This document shows positions 37,207 through 48,500 of a stretch of DNA of 64,000 bases, in pieces (position 1 is the stretch's first letter; every line of letters begins with the position of its first letter). The stretch spans positions 12,090,001-12,154,000 of the forward strand of contig OZ249446.1 of the NCBI GenBank assembly GCA_965235115.1. The letters are read 5' to 3'. The notes beneath the pieces are model-generated. The model was not told the DNA's origin and ran no database searches. It saw only the letters and a program-made list of their open reading frames with translations. The position numbers and the translations under genes were made by a program. This stretch comes from Laetmonice hystrix. Taxonomy: Eukaryota.

Positions 37207-38832
37207 GAGAAAGAGAGAGATATACAACGTGAAAAAGAAAGAAGAAAACAAACACCCAGAACATTCTATGTGGGACTACCCTGACGATAAAAGTTATAAT
37301 TGCCACACGCGCAGGCGCATTGTGTTATAACGAGACTTGTGGACCCTGACAAGGATGGATTGCCCGCCCGGTAGGGGGCACCACCGGCTCGGGTGACCAA
37401 CCGCGCCCCTTGACATGCGCGTGGGATGACGTCATCTTTTTCCACGCCCGTTTCGCCCCAGGAGGGCACGGGGGTGTTCGCTTCCTGGTGATGGGTAGGG
37501 CGCGTTCTGCCGTGTAATTACATTGTCATTCTGCACCTCAAGAAAGTGTACCCTATGACCCTTTTTGGAAGGCCGTGAGCTGATCGCACCGGGGACGCCC
37601 CACTAAGGTTTTCATTGAGAAACTTCGTACGTGGTACGCGTTTTATCATCCGAATATCGCTCTTATCAGCTGACGAATGGCTTCTCTAAATATAGGGGAA
37701 ACTTTTTTTACAAACCAGTCAAATTGCCATTTCATAGTTGACGTTTCACAGGAGGATAAAAGTCCAAACTTACATCATGAGCTGTGATCACATACAAGCA
37801 GCTCACGGAACAGGAAGGAGGTGCGTGTTATACAGCGACAGTTGAAATATCTTGTGCTGCTCCCGCCCTCCTCCACCCATCATAAGGCACGGTCGCTAGG
37901 TGTGATACCAAACGGTTCAGGGCGTGTCCAATAGTTCAACCCCGCAACATGGAGACACATCTTGCATCGCCCTAAACAATGCTAAGTGACAAGAATGACA
38001 GAGCTCAAGTTTGACTCCCTGGGCTGGGCTCCACAACCGATTGACTATGTCCACCGCCTAAACCGCGCCGAAGACGGCACGAGCGCCACCTGGTGTGAGA
38101 TTCAGACCACGTGGCCACACGTTAAACACAGGCATGTCGTCGTGCTGCCCTCTCTCACCATGAGGTCGCCATAGCCAGCGCACGCGCCAGTCGTAAGCAC
38201 CGGCAGCCGATGTTAAATTACAGTTACTATATATGGCAGCGTTCTTTATTAATACAACCCTCCCACTCAATTCTTTCTCTCCGTATATTATTTCTTTGAT
38301 CTCAGGTTCCCTTTTGTTTATGGTACCGTACAAGGCCGTGGAAATACGCCCTTTATAGTACCTTTCTTCGCCACACCCACACAACACCCACAACAATCCA
38401 CTTCCTTTCTTGGTAAAACGAAATTTTGGGAGGGGGGGGGGGCTGGGGGTTATTCTAAACTTAGACCGACACACGCTTTATTCTTAGAATTATCATGAAG
38501 CTTAACTCCTCCAGACTGCCCAATTTTGACAATGGAAAGCATGGTGGAAGGTGACATCTAGTTCCATTTGATCAAAGTTGGGCAGATTGGCAGAAGAGAT
38601 TTTGATAAAGTTGTTCACTCACATAGAAGGAGATCATTGGGATGTCCGACACCTCGTAGCCCCGCTTGGCCCGACATTTGATGGTGACTGACTCGCCCCT
38701 GTGCATCACCCAATACTTGGGCTTCACGTTAATACTGAACGGTGGTTCCCGTTTGTTCGGTTTCGGGTACTCGATGGCCGTGGCGTACGTCGCTCCCAAC
38801 ACGCATGCGGCCAGGATGTACATGGAGAGCAT
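32169..38832 (-). CDS. Secreted single immunoglobulin-domain protein, 159 aa, two coding exons: complement(join(32169..32438,38623..38832))
   Basis: Exon A (acceptor tttcag|a just before the ATG; donor TAT|gtgagt) encodes signal peptide MLSMYILAACVLGATYATA plus Ig strands A-C (...GESVTIKCRA...PMISFY). Exon B (acceptor cttctattttcccccattttcag|) is in matching phase 0 and encodes ...KLLHLDKA...DYGPNDFYCRA...ELFILYKV*. The paired Cys are residues 53 and 140; no TM helix. Confidence 0.75.
32942..33153. mobile_element. hAT-type MITE (212 bp) in the Ig-gene intron
   Basis: TIR CATAGCTGTAG / CTACGGCTATG flanked by a perfect 8-bp duplication ATTCTCCT (32934-32941 and 33154-33161). Confidence 0.85.
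35640..35770. repeat. GA-rich polypurine low-complexity tract
   Basis: Nearly pure A/G over ~130 bp. Confidence 0.9.
37148..37220. repeat. (GA)n microsatellite
   Basis: Direct reading of the sequence. Confidence 0.95.
38623..38832 (-). CDS. Ig-domain gene, first coding exon (signal peptide and N-terminal half of the Ig fold)
   Basis: 70 codons bounded by a canonical acceptor (38835-38834) and a GTGAGT donor (38622-38617). Confidence 0.78.
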
Positions 38833-41800
38833 TCTGAAACGAGGCATAAACGGTGACGTCACACAAGTGCGTTCAAAGACAGGCGAAGGGCGAAGGGCGA
38901 AGGCGAACTTTAAAAAGAATCCATGTGGGGGACTTTTTCTTAAAGGAAAAGAGTTTGTTTTCAGTAATTAATCATGAAAGGCGAGGTAAATCTACGATAA
39001 CATCGTTTGAAACGTTAGCTTCGTGTTAATAAAATTATTGATAAATAAATGATAACGTATAAATATCGGAGCATTGGAGACGTTAGCATGAATACAGCAG
39101 TGATCGTGTGAGTAGAGGCAAAAGTCTTCACTTAATTTTCCAATAATTGAGACAAATGGAATTCTATGTTTAACTGCATGGTCAGAAAATAATGATGTAT
39201 ACAGGCTTAATGGGTATATATAGACAATATGGTCAATGATACATAGCCTACATGTAGTTGGGACATTCATGTTTGTGGAAAGTCGAAAACTGGATTGATG
39301 AATTGTGGGTTTCTGAAGGTTTGCGGCAGTTAAAATTTACATTGCCCCATGACGAAACCAAAACAATAATTTCAGAGTGATATATTGTACTTAATTTGTA
39401 CTTAATTCAAAGTGGTATATTGTACTTTATTTGTGTAGATATTATACATGTGTGTGTGGTTGGTTCTGGTCTCTCATGCTGAGTTCACTGTAAATGTATT
39501 TATATACGGTATCTTATTTATACCACGACATTTGGTTATAAATAGGCCTATGTGTTTATTCGAACTACAACTATCCACTTAGGAGATTTAATAGGGGCAC
39601 CCCCCCCCCCCCCTCCAGAACCCCCAGCCACCCGACTGACCTGAAAAATACTGTAGGGTGGGTATATGATCGAGTGAATATCCTACAATAGTAACGATAC
39701 AAATGCTATACCAAAGGTAGGGTCTCGTATTATGTGGCCCACCCAGCATTAGTTACCCCCTCGGTCATCTCGAAGAGGGCGACTGGGGGTCAGGAAGGGT
39801 CATGACCAGAGAAGGGTAAACTTGTAGGAGTGTTGACGGGGCGGGATGCGTTGACCCATGTCCACATACGATGACAACCTCATTGAACCGTGTACAAGAG
39901 GTTAGCTTTGTATGATAAGTCAGGCCACCCCCAATTAACGCAGATAATACAGGTGGTATATTCATAAAGACGTATACATGTATATTAAGGAGGTTGTACC
40001 ATGCCAAAAGTTGATTATCAAACACTTCAGTCACTTTCCAATATACTGTATCTTTGAAAGTGGAGTAAAGAAAACAGGAGCAACAAAAAGTTATAATATG
40101 CTGTATGTGGGGTGGGGTGGAGGTGTGTGTGGGGGTGTGGGGGTGTTGGGGGAGGGGTCTGTGGGGAGCGGCGGGTGTTTTACAAGGTTGCTTGCTGCAT
40201 GTCACCAATATCCACACTAGGGTATGTTTGCGGAAGACTCATCAACCACAGCATTTCAAACATGACAGTCACAGTCCGTCCCTCTCACTTGATCAATCTG
40301 GATGGAGAAGGAAGACGAAGAGGCCGAGGGGTGTAGAGGGAAGGGGGAAACTGCAACGGGAGGAAATGGGTGGTTATCTACTTCCGCTGACAACTGTTGT
40401 CTGCGGTCACAGTTTGCAGTTCTGGCGCCTATCCTCCGTTTGATGAGTCAATAGTTCCGATCACGGCCACCAGGTGGCTTAATCGTCTCTGACTCATACC
40501 TTTAGAAATTTGGATGAAACCTCGTAATTGGCCAAAGACGGATGTGATTTCTTGCTGAACCGGTGCAGCTGAATAAGCATTACGTGGGTGCCCAACACGT
40601 GTACATGTTTGCCCTGCTCCTGCCCGGAGGCGACGGCTTTTATCAAATGATCACGTTTTACGTGGTCTTAGGATCGGGTGAAATCTTTGGGGAAACTGAT
40701 CTTTTCAATGTACGTCAGCTACCCGGGTCACACAAAACGTCGTAAAACGTTTTATTCATATATTATAACACGCTTAATAAACATTCTTTTCTAGTTGCTA
40801 TATCCTTGCTGGTTTTGTAAGAAGATGTAAGAAATCATGGTCCCGCCCCAGGTCAACAGAAAAACCTGTGATCCGATCCGCCCTCTCTACCTACTAGTGG
40901 TATTGGTTTCTCTGAGTTAGCATTTCCGAGGTGAAAGCAGCGTTTTTCCTCGCCATGAACCCCACAGGAAAAGGCCAAAGGTTTAGGTAGAAGGATGGCG
41001 TGGCCTGCCAGCCACCTTTTAAACTATTGGTGTGAGGTACGACACCAGCGGTATGCCATTTGGTCCTTAATTGATACAAGATGAATCAGATGTCACTCCA
41101 AATGTCGGATAAGATCGCCTTGCGTGGGCGGAACATACATACCGCCTCAATAGATAAACCTTTATTTGTGTGTGTACCTGCATGAATGACATATAGCGAA
41201 TCTACCTGAGCAGATAACCTGACCGGCCAGGCCAGATGTTAAAATACTGGCTCGTCAGGGCCAGGAAGTGATTGTTTAAGTTGTTGGAGTGGTGAGTAAT
41301 GGTGCAGGGGCATGTTTTGATCTAGAAGACAGCGGCGACCCACGGAAGCTTATATCATGTAATAAGACCGGAAATGACGTCACGTCCATTAGCCTACATG
41401 ACGTCACAAGCAAACGTGACCTCCAGGAAGCATATTCAGCCGCCCACCCAATGATATAAACTCTATAGGACCACGTAAAGAAACAAGACTTGCAGAACTA
41501 AACTACGAAATCAGAAATTACAGGCACCATTCAACATTAGCATGCTCCTTGCCACGGTTCCTCATGGATTGTTTCAAAACACTGTAGCCTAATTGGATGG
41601 TGATTTGTAATGGGTGACCTGCTCAAAGCATCCGACCACCCACGCACAAAAACCTTGTGTCCTTAATTATACACTTTACCATCCTATGACGAGGATATAT
41701 AGATGCTCTGGTTGAGGTGCTCTTCCGTGACTAACTATACCGATAAAAAACACGACTTGCTGCGAAGATTACCAACTCCTAATGTTATGTGTAAGAAGGC

Positions 41801-44800
41801 GCTTTAAAGAGGACTTTGGCGAGGATATCGATATGGAAACATGCTCACCTAGGGTTATGACCCGGAGTTGAATGAAGGTGAGAAGAGAGAAAAAAAACAC
41901 AATAGTTTTCCCACTTCTTCTTACTTTTCTCGTTTATTCAACTGGAGGAATAGTTGAGTTGATCTTAGCTGAGCTGAGCTGAGCTGAGCTGCTACTCAGC
42001 GATGCGAGTGTGAATCCAGAGTATAGCGGCCTAACATACTTTTTACACGATTTTGAAGTGTTTGAAAGAAATGCTGGCATTGCTAACAGGATAACCGTGG
42101 TTGCAACCATTGCAGACCTACACTCGCTCAATGTGGGGACTTAATGTTAGAGAAAGGCCTTTCCTACTCCACTCCACACGCACTCCTTTAGCTCAAGGTG
42201 AAAAGGTGATTGAAAAACAGGAACGGAATAAGATTTTCTTTTCTATATAAATTGGCGTACCCACCAGAACCCGACTAAAAGTGGTTGTTTTGGAAAAACT
42301 GCGCCATGTTGGCTGGGACACGGCATGTTTGACTGGGTGTACACGGGATGGTAGGAATGTAGTTAGGATGTGTGTATGTGTACAGCTCGGTGTGTTTATT
42401 CGGACAGCGGGCTGAGGATTGGATGGGAAGGACACGTGCCCGTAGCCTCCCCTCCCCCCAAACACTACCACCAACGGCAAACTGAGGCACGCTTCAACTG
42501 GAATGTGGACACCACTGGTCATGAACCCTGAGGCGTGGCTGCAGGACTCGTATTCATGGTGGGCAGGAAAAAATTGATCACGGAGGGGCTGGGGGTTGGA
42601 TGGAAGAGGGATGGGGCTATAGGGAGATTTTGAAAGGGGGTCCACGGAAGCAACCTGGTGAAAAGAGGACCAAACATGATCAATTCAGAAAGCTCTATAG
42701 TAAAAAAACAATAATAACGAAAACAACAAGAAAAGATGGAGTTTCTATCCACTGATTGCACAACCATTAAACTCCATCCACGCTCCTACTCCGTGCCATT
42801 GTCTACGAGTTGGTGATGACATCGCGAGATGGTTCCCGCTTCAAGCACTCTGTGCACAGATCTGATAGCACACGACATACGTCGTACTACAGCTGATCAA
42901 CGCAACGGAAGCGGAAGTCCTCTGCTTTGACATTGGGCTTGACCTTGGCGCCATCCCCTTCAACCAATCACCGTACTGGGACCAGAGAGTGTCCGCCAAT
43001 CAGGAAACTTCAGACAACAGGCTGGAGAAGATTTTGTCCTGATTCAGAGGAAATGCTCCACCAACCACCATAGCCTCGACATCAAATGAGACAGAGGATA
43101 AGCTGACTTCATCATGGTCACCAATATCGTTTGTTCCGTAGTCATACGAAGAAGCGTATCGGCCATGTGGATCTGGATGATAGCGGCCCAAAATCGCACT
43201 GAGGTTTCGCTATCGAGTTACAGCGTTATCTAACGTTTAATGCATTACTGGAGAGAGTTCTATATCATTTTGGTACGGTACCCATGCACCTACAAGGTAT
43301 TGCCAATCTATATCAACAACCAACTTCAGTAGGACCGAGGTTGGTCACGTGACTGAAGGTGGCGCGGTGCACTCTGGCCATTATCTGGAGTGGTCCGATG
43401 TTGTAGTTTGAGGCGAGTGTTTTATGACGTCCCAACAGGCGCATGTTAAGTGAGACGAAGAAGCGTCAACATTTGGCTAACGCACCTGTCATCATCTGCT
43501 CGCTGATAAGTTATCCGATTTATGGGACGCCGGGATATACGAAGATAAATACGTGTTGAGGACTAATAATAGTTAGCGCGTACCATTTATAACTGTCGCG
43601 CATTCAGTATATAAGCGTCACTGTCCGCCTACCAAGAACAATATAACTTTGTACTTTCTCTGTATAATGACCAAATCTTGGGCAAATCGACAAAGATAAT
43701 AAGGGTGCAAATGACGGGAAATGCCCAAGAGTACAGCAAGACGATGTATAGGCTCCTCTTCGTGAACCCAGGTTATTTTATGTTTGAGGTAATTCCAGCG
43801 TAATTAGAACCCGTAATGAAGATGTATGTTGTAGATAGGACCGATAGCATTGTTTTCACGCAAAGTCATAATCAGGATCGAAATGGATAGGAATCGCGAC
43901 TGTCAACCCACTCGTGTACATCTGACGATGAAAACGTCAAAATAGAGTAATGAGTTCACGTGTAATTACCCGAACAGATCTTTTAACTTTGAGGTTAAAT
44001 AATTTATAATGGCGCTCCTTGATATATCGGTTGGTGTTGCTGTTTGTGTATATGGTTATGGAGCACCTGCGCATATAGACCTGATGTCCTATATATAGGT
44101 AAAGAGGGTTGTTAAAATGTTGACACCACGCAGGTCAATACGACCCAGTGGCCATGCTCTGCTTTACGGCCGCATGCGCAGAATCGAAGCCGTTTCAGAA
44201 TGGCTTGTTTTTACCCCATAAACAAGGGGGTTGATGGGATTATTTTTGGCGGGAAACGCGCGCTGTAGCGAACTTGCACGGGGGTGGGTAGGGGGTGAGT
44301 GATGGGTAATTAAGATACGACCCGGGTTGTTGAGTGCTCCCAACCCCAGTGTACGCCATCAAAAGATTGTCCATGCATGGATCATCTAAAAATAGTTTTT
44401 TTCGTCACTGGTCAGCTTGACCCATGCGCACTGGCATGCTAGGACCTTGGCGCGGTTCTGGCCTTTCTTCTTTATAGGTTAATGGGCCGGGCAACGCGGC
44501 CGGGTAAACAGGCTGAAAGAAAACGAAAGTAAAAATCAAAATATTTTGTTTTCCTCGCCTGATTAACATATTCTTTGTCATCATACCAGTTACTTTTTGT
44601 ACCAGGCCGACAGGAACCTGAAGAAAGGGGATTTCTAACAGGTTAGCAACCCGTCTCATATCCATGTAGCCTAAAGAAGCGAAAAGTCAGCAATTCTTCG
44701 GTTTCTGTAAAATGATCTTATCGTAAAAAGTAAAACTGCAGAGATTATAAATGTTTGACATATCTAATCAAGGGATATTAATACATAACATTCCATCCTT

Positions 44801-45499
44801 GGCGGGAAGGAAAAGACATCTCTGAGCGTTGACTTCTCCGCCTTTGTTAAAGTGATCTGAGGCAATGGTCAAGTATCTTACTACGCAGATCGAGTTTCCC
44901 CTGACCATCGTATGTTTCTTTTTGTGATGCAAATATATCCGATTCTGAAGAGCTATTTTCGGCTCTCCACTGACCCATAGACAACAACAACAGTGTGGTG
45001 CCTTTTTATCAACTAGGGCAGTGTTTTGGCGGGAAACGTGAGGGAAGTATCCCAGCGTGGGAAGTGGGTCATACTCGCAATGTTTTCAATGAGAGGTCAG
45101 TGACACATATATAATCTGGGATTGCATGTCAAGGCACCGTCTTGGAGGTAGGACAACACAGAAAGAATTTTACTACGACAATAAAAATTGCACGAGAAAA
45201 TACGTTAAGACGAGTTGAAAAGCTGTCTTTCGAAAAAAAAGTAACTTTTTCATTCGCGGTCGAAGTTATTACTTCAATATGCCATATTCTAATTGGTTCC
45301 TAGTTTGACTGTAAACTTCGAATGGTTTTTAAAAGGAGAAGACCCAGAGATGGTGTATCATTCTTTAAATACTGGTTCAGCTTGTAACAATATTTAGTTG
45401 GCTCCTTCATGATCATTAAGTGGCGGATACAATACCATTCTCATGGTATTTTCACTGTTCTTTTTAAATTGGACTAAATGAAATGTGACATTTATCCAT

Positions 45500-45519
45500 T
45501 CTCTGTCTCTGTCTCTCTG

Positions 45520-45568
<49 letters not shown>
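45500..45568. repeat. (CT)n microsatellite
   Basis: Direct reading of the sequence. Confidence 0.95.
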
Positions 45569-45571
<3 letters not shown>

Positions 45572-48500
45572 CCCTCTCCCCAACCATTAAAACTTGACGT
45601 CATGTCGAATAGTTATATCTTTCATATAACGTTGGAGTCTTTTCTTCACGGGGTTTTCCTTTAAGCTTCATTTAAACTCACGTTAGCTTCCACCCGGAAG
45701 GTATGTGTCAATCTCCTTTGAAGGGAAAGCATCTGTTGAAGGAGTAACCCTAGCATAAAATAAGAAATGCCTGCTGATAATGCTGATGGCCTTACACCAC
45801 AGGGGAGCGCGATTGTGTTGAGCGTGATGACCAAAACATCACATCCTTGGGCGTCTTTGACATGTGACCTTGTCGGAATGAGGTCATGTCATCGTGCAAG
45901 GCGAAACCGTTCCAGCCGTGACGCGTAACGAGGCAAAACATATATCACTCTCTATTACGTAAGGTTGTCATCGTGATTCATAGAGGAAATCAACAACATT
46001 TTTTGGTGGATAACCTTGAAATGCGACCACTGAAAGAAGTACTTCCAAGGCGCACTTTTTTTTAGGAATGCTTCTTTCGTAACTTTGAGATTACGCAATG
46101 GTTAAGTGTGAGATGTCGTCGAGCCCGCTGCTCTCCATACGAAGGCACTTCCCTGGGAACCATGGAGATGTCACGATATAATCACAACACACAGTCATGC
46201 CAGGGGCGCTGGCATTCAAAGTCAACCCCCCGCACCTTTTTTCCTCACTTTGTTCCTCCACATCCATCCATACTGTCCAGACCCTATGCGGAACTGGGCT
46301 GTCAGGGCTGGGGGCGAGAAGGTTGAGATTGACGCGGCAAGTCTCGCGGCAAATGTCGGCTAATGAGCTGCAATTGTGGTCGGTCAGCTGCATAAGTGAT
46401 GCAATCGCTCCTGACCCATATAACATTATGCGCAGTATATTTTTGGTTTATTTACATAGGTGTCACGTTTCAAAAGGTGCTGCGATTTCAGCAGATTAAA
46501 GTTGAAATCAGTATAGTCACCTGCGACATAGTCTCATCTATATCTCAAATCTCTGAGAGCTTATATAACCTGACGGCGACGATCCTTGGTAAACATGCAT
46601 CTTGATTAACTATCGACTTCCCATTCCTCGTATAGTGCAAGAAGCAACCTTTTTTTATTGCCTTACATTTTGTCGATTGGGGAACAGATGTGCAAATATC
46701 AATAGACGCGCGGTGTCCAGGATATTTGAGACTATCCATACTTAAAAAAATTCTTGTATATAAACACACCTACAAATGGTGAATATGTAATGATTATTTT
46801 GACGCTGCCGAGGTATTCGCATGCCTATACCCTATAGAAGGCCAGGACTTATTGTCCAGAGAGTGGTGCATTCCATCATGGGCAGCTTATTTTGTGTATA
46901 TGGCCTCCCGCCGCCGGGTACCCCCCCCCCCCCCCCCACCCCCACCCCCACCCCCCGTTTACAGCGCAGGTATATTAGCCACGCTGCCGCTGACATACCA
47001 CGACATACTTCGGGTCTGACCCCGACGAGTAGATCCATCATTGAATGGTATCACAAGCTTGCAGCACATTGCAGCCTGCCTGGCGTTTTGACATCCACCT
47101 GACTGCCTTTAGGCCATAGTTATTTAACAGTTCGTTTAACGAATAGTTTGGGGAAGAGGAAAACGTGGGCTTCGAAGACATAGTACCTAGATACTACAGA
47201 AAAATAGACCGTTATTTTATTTTTCTAATTTAAACCTTTTTTTACGATTTGTATTATAAATATCGAAGATATGTCTATAGATGTTGAAAAACAATAAATA
47301 ACTTTGTCTTAGATTTGTCCCCCCTCCCCAGTTTTGTTGTTGCCATGGTAAATTCAATTTAGCTCGAGCTCCTGGTATTTCCCCGTAGTTTAAAATAATA
47401 TACAGAACCGATGCACCGGAAATGTTAATAAGTTCACATACTTGACTTTATCATTATTTTAACATCTCGGAATTAACATGGCCACACACATTTTCGGCGG
47501 GAAACACAAAATAAAATTGTTTTCATGGATTTCTTTACTTGAGGGTCCCATTTCCGGAAGGCATGTAAACCGCGCCGTCATATAAGTATGGCCTTACCTA
47601 TCGCATAACACCCTGGCATGCTCGCGGATGTCAAGCTACACCTGCTGGCCACCTCCACATTATACACAGGTTTAACCTTTTTGAACTTTACAGAAGTATT
47701 GCAATAGTTATTGCAAACATGCACGATTGCATTGTCGGCATTGCTGGTGAGAACACGCAAAGGCCCTTTGTAAAGGCATACCTTCCGTATCGTGGTATTT
47801 CTAAAAATCCCTGCTGATATTGTAAAGTTGATGGCGTTTCAAGCAATGGTTATATATCAATGCCATTTTACTGTATACAGTCTGTCCCAATAAAAATGAT
47901 AGTCTCTGCGTCATTGTCAAAAAGAGATACTGGTTGTGATCAGTAATGCGTGACCCTGTCAACACCAAACTTGCTGAGAGTTATTTAGGGGGATCAAAAT
48001 TTATGTTCAACTCCAACTTCAAAATTCAAAATTCGACAATCCTCTAAATATCTAAGTGTCTTTCACACCTAAAGTTAGACTATCATTTTGGGGGGGACAT
48101 ACTGTAGGCCTATATACCATGCATGTAGGTTTCGTTTGCTGATTTGTAACTTTTGATTCCCAGTCCCTTTAAGAAGCGAATCCAGGCACACTAGTGCTGT
48201 GACGGAGTTCTGTATAAACGTATGCCTGCACTGGGGCGGAGCGGGGTGGGGTGGGGGCGCAGGGCTACGGGGCACGTGCCCCTAGACACTTAACAAAATA
48301 GGCTTTAAAAAGATTAAGAATCGAAATCGCGTAGGGGTACACGGAGAGGAATACGTGTGTGCCGCCCTAGGACCCCCCCCCCCCCCGACACCTTGCTGGA
48401 TGCGGACGTCATGCCTCAGAGCGGGAGAGTACCATAACCAACGATTTCACATAGAGAATCTCTGTCCTGACATTGTACAAACTCAGCAATGACCCCAGCA

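Noticed and set aside
42780-43200. Very degenerate RTE-like reverse transcriptase traces (GDDIA, LIN..E.EV, MRQRIS)
   Set aside because: Needs several assumed frameshifts; too weak to call without a tBLASTn/HMM search
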